A stretch of 63,283 bases of DNA, counting the filler, from Reclinomonas americana ATCC 50394 (lineage: Eukaryota), in assembly GCA_048213135.1 (NCBI GenBank). It is 6 parts of 4 records of this genome, joined end to end, with 100 filler letters (N's around TTAATTAATTAA, not from the genome) between each part and the next. Parts side by side here need not be neighbours in the genome. Positions count along the whole stretch, not along the records: positions 19,746 to 34,148 come from PS015392.1; positions 34,249 to 44,136 come from PS015393.1; positions 44,237 to 56,853 come from PS015394.1; 3 more parts are not named here. One strand, written 5' to 3'. The notes below the pieces were generated by a model that saw only the letters and a program-made list of their open reading frames with translations, did not search any database and was not told where the DNA came from. The translations under genes and the position numbers were made by a program. Below are positions 25,944 to 45,110 of this stretch, one piece after another (position 1 is the first letter of the stretch; each line of letters begins with the position of its first letter).

Positions 25944-28900
25944 ATGGAGACCGGCGCGCAGGTTTGGCACACACTCACACACACACAACTTGCACACACC
26001 TCTCGCAGTCTGTGCGTGAGTGCCCTTCACACTGTCGGTTTTGTATCGCGCGCGCGCAGCTGTTCATGATATACTCGATAACGCTCAGTACAATGCGTCC
26101 TCTATCCACTCCCTCCCTCCTCTCTCTCTCTTACACGCACCCACCCTCTCTCTCCCTCCTTTGCTCACTGCGACACACGACAGATTGCGCTGCAAGCGGC
26201 GATTCGCATTGGCCGCATGGCAGCCGAGTTGCAAGCCAAGTGTGCGATTGCAAAGAGCCTGGCCAAGGACGCACGCACTGTGTACTTGCTGTTGCGTGCA
26301 ACTCTCTCTCTCTCTCTCCCTCTCTCTCTCGAACACACTGGGGGGAAAAGAGTGGGGTTATCTTTGGGCATTTTGTGTGTTAAACCGCCGCTGTGCCGCC
26401 ATGCATTGGTGTTTTTGTATGTATGATGTGCAGTCTGGAGCGCGTGTTGAACATGATGCGCTCGGCACTGCCGACGACCATGCAAGACCGTGCGGCGGAG
26501 CGATCGCGGCACTCGCGTGTCGACTTGCCGCCCACTGCCGGTCGCCACAAGCATCATCATGACGATGGAGAGGAGGCCGGCGGTGGCTCGCGCTGCTGCA
26601 CGTGCTTGCCGCCCTTTCGCTACGTGTGTCCGTGCTTTCACGAGTGTGGCGAGGCGTGCTCCAAGCCCGCGGAAGACGACGAGGGCGACAGCGATGAGGA
26701 GCGCGATGAGATTGACGAGTCGGCGCCGGTGCTGAACAAGCAGCCGACGGAGACCGCTCGCGCCACTCGCTGTTTCCCGCCGTTTGGGTGGATGTGCTGC
26801 GGACCGGGTACGGCGTACTGGAAGGACTTCTTCCTCGACGCGGGCTTTGACGATCTGATTGACCGNNNNNNNNNNNNNNNNNNNNCGCCAAGGAAGAGGT
26901 CAAGGAGAGGGTCGTTGGACTGGCCCAGCGCTTTGTCCATCGCAACGATGGCGGTGGCGGAGATGGCGGTGGCGGCGGCGGCGGCGGCGGCGGTGACGGT
27001 GACGGTGGTGGTGGTGGTGGAGGTGATGGCGGTGGAGGTGGCGATGGTGGCGGCGGCGGCGGCGATGCCGGCGATTCAGGTGGAGGTGGAGGTGGCGATG
27101 GCGGCGGTGGAGATGCCGGGGCTGGTGGTGGCGTGGGAGACGTTTCCGCGCCGGCTGACGATGCGTCGCGTGCTGATTTCGACGCGATGGAGCCCTCGGC
27201 GCCAGGCGTTCCCGATGATACTGACGATCTCGCGACTGCGGCGATTGCAGAGCCGGAGACACCGGCGGCGATCAGTGTGTCGGTGTCTGCCGCGCCGTCG
27301 ACTCCCGTCATGCCGCGTTCCGCTGCTGCCACGAGACCTGCGACTGCCGCTGCGGCTGGAGCGCGGTTTGCAGTCGGCAGTGGTGGTGGTGGTGGCGGCG
27401 GCGCTGCTGCTGCAGCCGCCGGCGGGGGTGGCGACGATGGCAGTGGTGGTGGTGGTGGCGGTGGTGGCGATGCCGGAGAGGTCGATGAGGACATGCAGGC
27501 GCTCTTGGACGCCGCCGACGTTGCCGACGCACGACTGGGCGACGAGGAGATGGTGGGCGAGGAGGCGGCTGCGGACAAGATCGCGTTTGGTGAGTTTCTC
27601 ATGAGAAAGAGGATATAACACTGCGGTCTCACTCACTTCTTCTGCTGAATAGCACTTGGCGAGCTCGTGCACGAGACTCCCCGCATTCGGCGCATGGGAG
27701 AGACGCTGGGTGCCGTGGTCAAGATCGTCGAAAAGAAGTGCATTCGCATCAAGAACGCAATTGAATCGGTGGACAAGTTTGGCGCCGACATGGGTGCGTC
27801 CGTCTGCCCACTTGTGCTTCTCGTGTTCGTGTCTTGCTGAGCACGCCTCCTCCCACATCAGACGACACGTGCTTCCTGCCGTTCTGCACCATCTGGTGCT
27901 GCTACAGGTGTGTTGCTTCACATGAGCGTCTTGGTGGCACGCTGTGTGCACTCGCATCACCACCACTCCTCACAGATACCCGGACATGAAGCGCCTGGGC
28001 GATCTCGGACCTATCATCGAGCACGGTGTGTGCCCTCCGAGCCGTCTCGACTCCACTGCGCACCCCTCTCACATGTTGTATGCGTGGCGTACAGAGCTGG
28101 AGCAGCTGAACCGCATCGCTCTGCTCCTGCAAAGTGCCATCTCCGCCGCCTCCCTCAACGTCAACATGGAACAACTCGAGAGCGCCTTTAACGTGACCAA
28201 GGAGATCGAGGCGCCGAATGCGCGCATGTTTTGGAAGGAGCGCTTCGGACCGCAGGTGAGTGGTGTTGTTGTTGTTGCCGCATCGCGGCGTTGCTGCTTG
28301 TCGATCTCACCCTCGTCCTCTGTGCAGGAATCGAGAGTGCCGTTCGATCAATTCCAAGATATGCACCTCATCAGTGACCGCTCATTTGTGGCTCGTCAAC
28401 CGCAGTACCAACGTGTGTGCTCTTTTTCCTTCGTGCACAGGGCTTTTTCCAGTATCTGCGCGACGACTACGGGCACAATCGCTACGTGCAGCTCATCTCC
28501 GACGGCGTGTCGCCCGTGATTGTGGACCGGCCACTTCTCGACGTGCGTTGGGTCGGCGATTGTTGGAAGATCATTCGCGCATCATGCTCACTCTGCGGCG
28601 ACATAGTACTTGGAGTGGACGCAGAATGCATCGTGGCCCGGCTGGGCCGATACGCTCAAGGAGCCTCATGTGCTGCTGCAGCGGCTGCTGATGATGTTGC
28701 GTTGTGCGAGTGCGTACCTTGTCGGTCGGTCACACAGTTGTTGCTCACGTCGCGTGTGCAGGGAGGTCGACGACTCGTCTCGTGACGGATTTGTCAGCTT
28801 GGTCGAGTTTCGCAACGCCACTCGCACCATGCGCGAGAAGCTCATTTCCATTGCCATCTTTATTGAGCGCCTTCACAAGGTGCGCACCGCGTTGACGAAG

Positions 28901-31900
28901 ACTGTGTCTTTTTTCATATCACGCACTCATGATGGCACACGACGACACACAGCCGACCAAGTTTGTGCGTTCCTCGGGCAGCAGTACCTTGTTAACTGCT
29001 GACTATTTTTCTGTTTGCTCACCTCGATGCTCTTGCAGAACTTGTCTCAGTTTCAGCGCGATCAGGTGCGTTATCATGGCATTCCGTGTGACTGTTGCGT
29101 CGGTCTCACCCTTCGCTTCTCGTCGCAGTTGCCAGTGGTGGTATGGGTCTACGACGACGTGGGCGAGGCGGGATCGCGGCGCGTGAAGAGCCGCCTGGGT
29201 GTTGTCGGCAGCTGGATCCCGCACATGGTGTTTGCGTCGGAGCGCGAGTTTGCCATGAACCGGCTCAATTGCGCCACCAAGCCCATTGATGTGCGCCCGA
29301 GTCCACCTCGCAGTCCGCTGCCGCGCTACCGATCAGATGGTGCGTGTGGGAGTTGGTCAGCGACAAGGGATGCGTGTCTCCAACACTCGTGATGCAGACT
29401 TGTTCGTGTCGCGATCGATGCTGCGTCGCACGCCATTCAAGGAGCTTTTGTTGTCGGTGGACGACGTTCACAACGACACCGACGAGCTGGTCCTCCTGTT
29501 GCGACAAGTCATCATTGGTCAGTGTTCTGTGTGTGGTTTTGCATATGTGCAACTCGGCATTTCATCATTCGGCCCCGCGCAGAGGCGTTCGATATCGTCA
29601 ACTCGTACTGCTGCCTGACGGTGGCCGAGGAGGATTCGCGTACCGTGACAAGTCAGTTGTTTGATGAGGTGATGACGTTGGGGTGGAAATCCATGCTGCA
29701 AAAGTACCGGCCACTGATAGCTGGCGATGATGATCTCCATCTCAGACGGGTGCTGTCGACGAGAGCTTCATGGTGCAAGCGTTCCGACCGGCCTTCTTGT
29801 GGTACACGCAGCATTTCTTCTCACTGGTTCGTGTCACAATGCATGGCATGTGCGCTTCCCTCCTCACGCATTGACACGAATGTGTGGTCGGTCTTTCTGC
29901 AGCTGCCGCCGTCGGATGCCACACTGGAGGATTTTGTGGATCGATGGAACGACGACTGTGAACTTGATTCGGGTGTGTGTCGGCCTTGTTCATCCATCGC
30001 ATGCGCATGCACTCTCTCACTTGATACCCTCGTGCAGACATGGTCCGCGCCAAGAACATGCAGCTGCTGCAAAAGGAGCTGAAGCTGCTGCGCAGCACAC
30101 TGACCAACCTCGGGCTCGACCAGGACGCCAAGGACACGCTGCCGCAGCTGATGAGTCGGCACCAGTTTGCCGAGGCATTCATCAGCCTGTTTGTCGACGA
30201 GCTGAGCGACGAGAAGGAGCTGCCGACGGTGGTGAAGCGTGGTGCTCGCGACCTTCTCTTCTTCCTCTGTTGCGTCACAGTACTGTCTGCAGTGCTGTCA
30301 ACTCGCACAGGTTTCTCACGCAGCGTGGTACACAGGGCTGTTCCAGTACCCCTTCGATATTCTCAGCTCCACCTTCCGCGACGCGCAAGTTGCCGACATT
30401 GACACGGGTGCGGTGAAGCCGTCGGAGCTGGCGCAGAAAATCGAGAGCGAGTCATTGGAGAATGCCACCGCGCACTGGGACTCGGGTGAGGATGCCACTC
30501 GCCACGCCTGCTTGCTGTGACGTTTACTCTCACTGATCCCTGTCACGCAGTGGTCACTGATGTGGTCAGAAAACTGCTCGTGGACTCCCCGTGGTGTCAG
30601 TTCTCGCGCCTCACCGGCACGCAGTGGGCCAAGTTCTTTGAGCACGAGCACTTGTCGGTGTGTGTTTAGTTGTCGTGTTCGTGAGAAAGTGAGTGAGTGC
30701 TTGGCTCACCTTGTTATCGACGCATGCAGGCCGACTCAGGCATGTCGCAGTATCAGGCTCTTACTGCCTCGCTGCATGTTGCGTTCGCAAGTGCCTGTGC
30801 AGACAGGTGTCCATTTTTCCTGGCTGCTCACGATTCACGTGCAGACGACCGCGACCTTTTCGTGGTTCCAGACGGCCGATAAGAAACGCACCACTTCGCT
30901 CGTGCTGTTCTTTGCCATCCCCAGTTTCGTTCGTCCCACTTGCGTGACCCTTGGCCGCGTTATAACAGCCCCTGCGGTGCAGAGCGAGCCATGGGAATCT
31001 TTTGCCCCGGCGATGCAGTGGTCATCAAGGACGGCAACGGCCACGAGGTGACCCGAGTGGAACTCACCGACAAGCACGTACGCTCACTGAGTCCGCTCGG
31101 CTACGGCAAATTTATGCTCGTCAACGGTATGTGTGTGTCAGCAAGCACACACATTCTCGTGGTCGCTGACCTTTTGTGCTTCACGACAGTGCCCTTTTCG
31201 GTGGCCGGGCGCACCGATCTGCACGCCTACAAGATCGAGATGCACCTGACTCAGTTGCGCAGGGCGCCTGTGCAAGTCAGCTGCTGCGAGTCTCACATCC
31301 CTCTCACTCCAGGTACTCGGCAAATCGCGAGGTTTCCACGACCTCGGTGTTGCCGCTCAAGCTTCCCGAGTTCCCCGATGCTGTCAATCAGAATGTGTTT
31401 TCCGACGATCTGGAAGACCTGTCGAACCATTTGACGGTCAGTGTGCGACGTCGCGTACTCAGCCTCTCTGCACGCCTGTCGGTGCGTAAAGTGGAGCGTG
31501 TATGAAGCGTTTCCGTCTGCGTGCGTCAGGCCGTCTGACAGTGTGCGGCGAACGCAGGGCCTGCCCAATCATCGCTTCCTGGTGATGCGCTACGGAGCAC
31601 ATTGCTCGGCACCAATGGCTCTCGATCCACTGGTCAACGGCATTGGCGAAGTTTTGTTTTTGCCGCACTCGTCACGTGTCGTGCATGCATCACTCACCCG
31701 CCCACCTGCAGGCCAACCTCACATTTAACATTGCGGACGAGCCACTGGGTCTTGCGTTTTACTGCAGCCAGATACCCAACATGGCAAACAAACCGATTAT
31801 TGTCGTGCCGCCGCAACCGGACGCCCATGGTCCCTACACTGGCTACATCACTGTCGAGCTGATTGCTCGATCAGCCGCGCAGGAGCTGATGCTGTCGGCG

Positions 31901-33657
31901 TCGTCGCGACTTGGTACGCTGCGCGCAAGACATGTTGATCCACACCAGAAAAAATACTCACAAGAACCCTTTGTAGGATCAGTGTTGCCGCCGATTGTAC
32001 CGCCGGTTGTGCCGTCGATGTCTGCGGTCAGCTCGTTTGTGGCAGAAGACTTGGCGGAGGAGTCGCGGTCCATGTCTTCCCGCAGCGCAGGCTCGGTTCG
32101 TGTGGAAGTGTCGGTCCCCAGTCCACGACCCAGCGTACATCGACGGCGCGTGGCGCTTCCGGCGCTCTTCCGATCCATGCTTATCACTCCGGCATCGTTT
32201 GTCACGGATCTCCTGGTGCCGACGCTGCCACTTTCCAGCTCCATTTCGGTGAGAGAGGAAAGGGGCGTGTGTGGCCGTGCTCGTTTCTCATCCGATCCGA
32301 TGTGCAGTTGGTGCCGCGCGAAATGTCACCACCGAGCGAATCGTTTGAATCGCACCGCATGCCCATCAGTCACTTGCCGGAAGAAGTACGTTCTATTTCT
32401 CGCGCGTGGGGGTGCATGGTATTTCATTTGCTCACGTGCATGCGCACACGTACACAGTTGTACATTTGGTACCGAGTCAAGATGACGGACACGCTCTCGG
32501 ATGTGGTACGCATCGACATTAGTCCGTATCACCGCCTGGCGAAACGTTTTGGCGTGTGCTACCTGCGCAAGTACAGAGTTGAGTGCGGCTGGGTGTGCTT
32601 GTGCACAATTCTCTCTCGCGATCGGCACTCAATCGCATGCACTCGCGCAGCACAAAGTGCGCATTCAAGTGGGCTCCGATGACATTGCGCCCAACGTGAC
32701 GGCACTCGGAACGGTGGCGCTTACGAACGCGCAGTCGGCGCCACAGGATTCGGTGACTATGACGGAGCGTGTTGTCGTGCTCGGCTTCATGGCCGACGAT
32801 CGGTACCGCAACTTCAAGGACAAGCTGGTGTTCTTGCCGCCGGGTGCGTGTATGTTTGTTTTTTTCAAAGCATTGCCGCCAAAGTCCTCATCTCGCTGCG
32901 TGCAGATCCCGAGGCGGCAGTGATGTTTGACCGCAACGTTGATCTCGAGCACGAGGCTCGCCAGTTCCTCCTCGAGTTCCAGGTGCACTCTGTCACAACT
33001 TCTGGCTTTGTCCGCTCCTGCTCATCCTTCTTCCAGGCACTCACATCGGCCGATTCATCGGCGGGTCACGCCGAGGGTGCGGTTGGACGGCGTGGTGGAG
33101 CCCGCCTGTTCTATCACATTGCCGACCGACGCGGCGAGTTGTGCCAGATTTCGCGCAAGTATATCCGTCCGTGGGCATTCTCGGCATTTGAGTCGGGATC
33201 GTTCCTGCAGGTTTGTAGTTCTCCACTGCCCCAGTCCGTCACATACGTGACGCTCACTTTCTCTCCCCAGCTCGGTGTCAACAATTGGTTCGCGATTGTC
33301 GGCCTCATGGCCGAGTCCACCTCCATGCCCGTGCTGGTGTTGCAGAAAGGTGATTGGAACCCACCCTCGCCTTCCTTTCCCTTTTCTTTGTTTGCTCACC
33401 GGTGGCATCTGCCTGCAGTTGAGCGCGGTCGCGGTCACGCCGGCAACAGAGCCAACCCACGCACTCGCATCGCCGACACGCAAGCTCGCACGACTGCTGC
33501 TGCCGCCGGCTCCGGCTCCGGCTCCAAACCAGCCGCCGCTGCGCATCGATTCGGCGGTGAGATCTGGGGCGGGTACCACGAAGTCGACTTTGAGCGGCTG
33601 CTCTGCGGCGGCTTCCAGAAGTGGTCGCTGTACGTGTATCCAGTTGATGGCGAGTGA
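25944..33657 (+). CDS. Very large multi-exon hypothetical protein: 4-helix-bundle-like N-terminus with Cys-rich and Gly/Asp-rich inserts, Cbl-type EF-hand-like segment, long unassigned C-terminus
   Basis: About 30 exons, joinable by GT-AG introns at the junctions I traced. Motifs ARMFWKERFG..SRVPFDQF and EVDDSSRDGFVSLVEFRNATR. TGA at 33655-33657 is followed by AATAAA at 33661. Confidence 0.6.
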
Positions 33658-33723
33658 AGCAATAAACACCAGGCAAACCTTCCGTGTGACAGCATTTGGC
33701 GGGAATGTTGTTTCTCGCTTTCC

Positions 33724-34148
33724 ATGGCCGCGACACGCAAGCGTGAGCGAGTTGAGTACTCTCTATGCGTGTGTCATCATGTGCTTCTGTTGGAGGTGAA
33801 CAGCGCACTCTGCTGACACTTTGCGTCATGTGTGTGGCGCATATCGTCATCACAGGAGGTAGTCGACCTCGACTTGACGCAATGGGAGCCGGAGCTGAAG
33901 CGCCCACACACAGCAGCAGCGACTGAAGTGATGACCATTGATGTCGATGCGAGTGATTGTGCGACTCCGCCTGCCTCCTCCTCTGCATCAGCGGCCGCGG
34001 ACTCAATGGTGGTGGAGGTGGTGCCGGTGGAGGCCCGCGGAGGAGGTGCAGCAGAGGCGAGCAGGACTCCTCGTCAGTCGCGTGCGGCAAGTGGCGCGCA
34101 CGTGGAGGTGGTGGATTTGGTGGATGGTGATAATCTCGGTGAGCAGAG
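33724..34148 (+). CDS. N-terminal fragment of a protein with a basic NLS-like start and multiple SUMO-interaction-motif-like segments; truncated by gap
   Basis: MAATRKRER|gttgag...cacag|EVVDLDLTQW...MTIDVDA...VVEVVPVE...VEVVDLVDGD. Confidence 0.55.
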
Positions 34149-35074
34149 NNNNNNNNNNNNNNNNNNNNNNNNNNNNNNNNNNNNNNNNNNNNTTAATTAA
34201 TTAANNNNNNNNNNNNNNNNNNNNNNNNNNNNNNNNNNNNNNNNNNNNAGAGAGAAAGGGAGAGAGAGAGATGGCAGGAACGTGCTGTGTTCTATTGCGT
34301 TTCAAGTGAGTGAATGAGAGTGTGTGTGTGAAGGAAAGGGTTTGCCTGCTCTCGACACACGCTGCTCTATGAGTGGACTGTGGACAATCGATTGGTGTCG
34401 GCGCGGAACAACTCCCGCCGCATGGGGTGGTTTTCGTTGTCTCTCACCTGCAGGGTGGTATACGAGTGTGTGTGCAAAGCAGTGCATGCTGAGTGGAACG
34501 GCAAATGGTGCCATCTTCAGGAGGTAAGGGTCACGAATCATGAAGATTGATTGGAGTCGTCCACGCGCGCGCCACTTGCATTGCTGCGTGGCCTTTGCGT
34601 TGTTGTCTAAGTGTGTCTCGTTTTGACTGCAACTCGTCGCATGCATGTGCGTCCGTGCATGGCATCGGCAGTTGCACCATGAGCATCATGATCCGCGAGC
34701 GCGAGCTCGTGCAGTTGTCATGCAGCTGCACACACACAAAGCAACCTCTCACTCTCTCTCTCTCTCACGCACACACTTACACACTCATTCTCTCTCTCTC
34801 TCTCTCGCTCGCTCTCTCTCACTCTCGCTCTCAATCATCACCGAAGATGGTCTCACACAATCCACAATTCACCATCCCGTCATCATCATCATCATGCACT
34901 TTGCAAACTGTAGTGCCCCGGACTCGGACGCCCTTTCCCAACACCTCCCCAGTCCTTTCCGCCCCGAGAAGCACGATGCGAATCCACGATCTAATTCATC
35001 GTTCTCGTCGTCGAAACGGTCACCATTCGCGCGCAAAAAATCTCACATTTTCTTTGTGTTTTTTCTGAGAGGAG

Positions 35075-42040
<6,966 letters not shown>

Positions 42041-42206
42041 CCAAGCCTCATTTCATTGTTTATTTTACCCTTTTTCTCCTCCTCTCTGTATCTCCACTTT
42101 GCACGTGCGCCGCAGTGTGCCAGAGGCCACTTGATCCCGAAAAAATAAACTCCAGATAAGACCATTCGCAAAGAACTTCTGCAGGACCGCACATTGCAGC
42201 GACGGA

Positions 42207-42623
42207 ATGGTGCGCTGGCGACACTCATCTCCTCGCCCTTTTTGCTGCTCACACAACAGCTCACACTACGTGTGTGTGCTCTGTCTCTCTGCAGGAACTG
42301 TCACGTGTGGTGCCGACCTCGCACGAGGAAATCATCCACGATGTGGCGTACGACCACTACGGGCGTCGCATGGCGGTGTGCTCGTCGGACCTCAGCATCA
42401 GTGTGTTTGACTGTCAACCCGACGGAGAGTGGGTGCAGACGTACAAGTGGAAGGTCGGTGTGCATGCGCATGAAAGAAAGAGGAATGTGACATCAACCCT
42501 CATGTATGCACGCGCAGGCACACATGCGCAGCACATTCAAAGTGTGCTGGGCGTACCCAGAGTACGGCCAGATCATTGCATCGTGCTCACATGATCGACA
42601 TGTGCACATTTGGGAGGAACCAG
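42207..42623 (+). CDS. SEH1: Nucleoporin/GATOR2 subunit SEH1, N-terminal exons
   Basis: M|ELSRVVPTSHEEIIHDVAYDHYGRRMAVCSSDLSISVFD...WK|AHMRSTFKVCWAYPEYGQIIASCSHDRHVHIWEE. Confidence 0.9.
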
Positions 42624-43071
42624 GTGGAAATGCATCTCCCCTTTCTCACTCTCTCTCTCTCTCTCACTCACTGCTCACTGTGTGTGCTCGTGCNNNNNNN
42701 NNNNNNNNNNNNNNNNNNNNNNNNNNNNNNNNNNNNNNNNNNNNNNNNNNNNNNNNNNNNNNNNNNNNNNNNNNNNNNNNNNNNNNNNNNNNNNNNNNNN
42801 NNNNNNNNNNNNNNNNNNNNNNNNNNNNNNNNNNNNNNNNNNNNNNNNNNNNNNNNNNGCGCTCTCGCTCTCGACGAGGACAACGACAGCGGGTGCGGTA
42901 CGCCACTGCCGGCCCCGGTCTCCACCCCTCGCTTTGCGCGCAACTGACCGAGAGGGCGAGAGAGAAGGAGAAAATAGAGTGAGAAAAGAATTGTAATGAA
43001 TAGCACTACTCCAATTTGTTTACTCTGCCCTCCTCCCTCCTCCCTCCCGTTCCGTCTCACTCCCTATCAGC

Positions 43072-44128
43072 TTACGTACGCGAGCTGCTACTGGCCGACG
43101 AGCCGGTGCCTGTCAGTGAGCCAAACATGTTGGGCGCGCTCGACGAATGTTGCATGCCAAAGGAGCCAGAGCCGGCACTGAGGGCGGCAGCGCTGATGCC
43201 GCCGCTCAGCGAGCCCGGCTGCGAGCTGCCACCCGCGGCAGCCATGGAGGCCACTCCCGGCGCACTGCTGCCGCTGCCGTAGCCGGCGAGTCCGTACTTG
43301 CGTCGCGCATCAATCGACTGCTGGCACGTCCATTCGCCGCTCAGCGAGCTCTTCCACAACTTGACGGTGCCGTCGTCGCCCGACGAGGCCAGCACAGTGC
43401 CGGTGACGTTCCACGCCACGCGCCACACCTACAGACGAGAGTCAGAGGATGATTAAACAAAAGGACCAGCCGCGTGGACCGCACCTCGCTGTTGTGCTCG
43501 TCAAACGACTCCAAGCGATCAATGACAAAGCGGCCGCCCTCCTCGGGCTTGTAGCGCAGCTTGGTGATGATGACGCGGCCGTCCTTACCGGCCGAGGCGA
43601 TCAAATGGTACGTGCGTCCCATGGACGGCGCCCAGGCAACCGAATGCACCATGGTGTCGGCCTGGTGGGCCGGAATGTCGCACAGCAGCTGCCATGTGCG
43701 GAAGCCCTCGCTGAAGCCGAATATCTGCTCACGAATCAAAAGCAAAGCGAGTCAGCGCCCTCCTGCATTCTCTCTCTTCCCTCCATCCCCTCCATCCCTT
43801 TCCTGTACTCTGCCACTCACCCGCACTTTGCCAGAGGATGTGCCGACGGCCAACATTGGCGGGTCAAAGCGCGACGTGTTCCAGCTGACGCACGCAGCGC
43901 AGCCGCCCGCCTGCGCCTCACACTCCTCCTGTAGTGTCCACGAGCCGAGATTGGTGATCTCCTCTGCGCCATACACGCGTACAAAGCCATCACGAGACGC
44001 TGTGGCGATGCACAGGCCGTAATGTCTCGGTGCAAACTCAATGTCCTCGACCGCATCCTGATGATCCGACAGCGAGTGTCGCAGCGACCACTTGTCCACC
44101 GTGCCTCGTCGCTCCCCCGAGTCCTCCT
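43072..44128 (-). CDS. SEH1: SEH1 C-terminal exons on a reverse-oriented contig
   Basis: [84 protein letters not shown]. Intron phase 1 matches the N-terminal half. Confidence 0.9.
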
Positions 44129-44236
44129 CTGTTCTCNNNNNNNNNNNNNNNNNNNNNNNNNNNNNNNNNNNNNNNNNNNNTTAATTAATTAANNNNNNNN
44201 NNNNNNNNNNNNNNNNNNNNNNNNNNNNNNNNNNNN

Positions 44237-45110
44237 GGGGAGCGGCGGCTGGCGCCGGTGCCGCCGGCAAGTGCAGCGGCGACGGCGTCGGTCGCTTGGT
44301 GCGATTGGTCGGCGACATGATGGTGATGGTGTCGAGCGGCGTCGGTGCCACGTTGCGCAACAGCAGCGAGGACGCACACAGTGTCGGCGTGCTTACCGCC
44401 GACGACGAGGTCATGTCGTTGTTGCTGGCGCTCTCGCCGAGCGGAATGTCGGTGACCCACTGGCCCGGTGTCACATTGACAACGCTGGAGCGGCGCTGCT
44501 GCTGGCGCATGACGGCCAGGGTGGCCTCGGCCTTGCGCAGCCGCTCCTCCTCCTCTTTGCGCACGCGGCGGTTCCTGGCCACAAACTGGAACACCAGCAC
44601 CAGCGTGACAATCAGCACCAGACCGCCGCCAATGCCGAGTCCCAGCGACAGCGGCTTGCCCAGGTGATCGGCGATCGACATGCTGTTGTTGCCGCTGGAG
44701 CTGGAGCTCTCGTCGGTGGTGGATGTGGTCGGTGCGCCGTCCACGGGCACGGGTTTCGGGGAAACCGCGGCGTAGGTGGCGTCTGCACGCAAAGGAGGGT
44801 GAGTGGAAAACGAAACAGTTTTTGTGTGGGAGGGAGGGGGAGATGGCGGCGCATGCGTACCTGCGACAGTGGATGTCGCCTCCACATCGGTGGCATCGTC
44901 GGTCAGTGGAGCCACCGAGGCCGCGGACTCTGGCAACTGGAACAGGCGTCGTCGCTGGCTGGCGGCGGCCGCAGCCTGCTCGCGTGCCTGCATCACTGCC
45001 TGCATGGTCTTGGTCTGTGCGGCCGCCAGCAGCGGGCTGCTGCAGCACCACACCACGAGTGCGAGGAGTACCAGTGATCCGGTGATGGTCGCCGAGTACC
45101 GTCTGGTCAT
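44237..45110 (-). CDS. Type I single-pass membrane protein (signal peptide, Ser/Thr/Pro-rich stalk, TM helix, cytoplasmic tail); 3' end lost in gap
   Basis: MTRRYSATITGSLVLLALVVWCCSSPLLAAA, then TM segment GLGIGGGLVLIVTLVLVFQFV followed by basic ARNRRVRK. Confidence 0.65.

Noticed and set aside
26060..26183. Second candidate AT-AG intron (aca|atgcgt)
   Set aside because: A single canonical GT-AG intron at 25962-26183 explains the frame.
29066..29128. Apparent ZZ-type zinc finger (YHGIPCDCC)
   Set aside because: It falls in a 63-nt in-frame GT-AG segment that looks like an intron, and the other ZZ ligands are absent.
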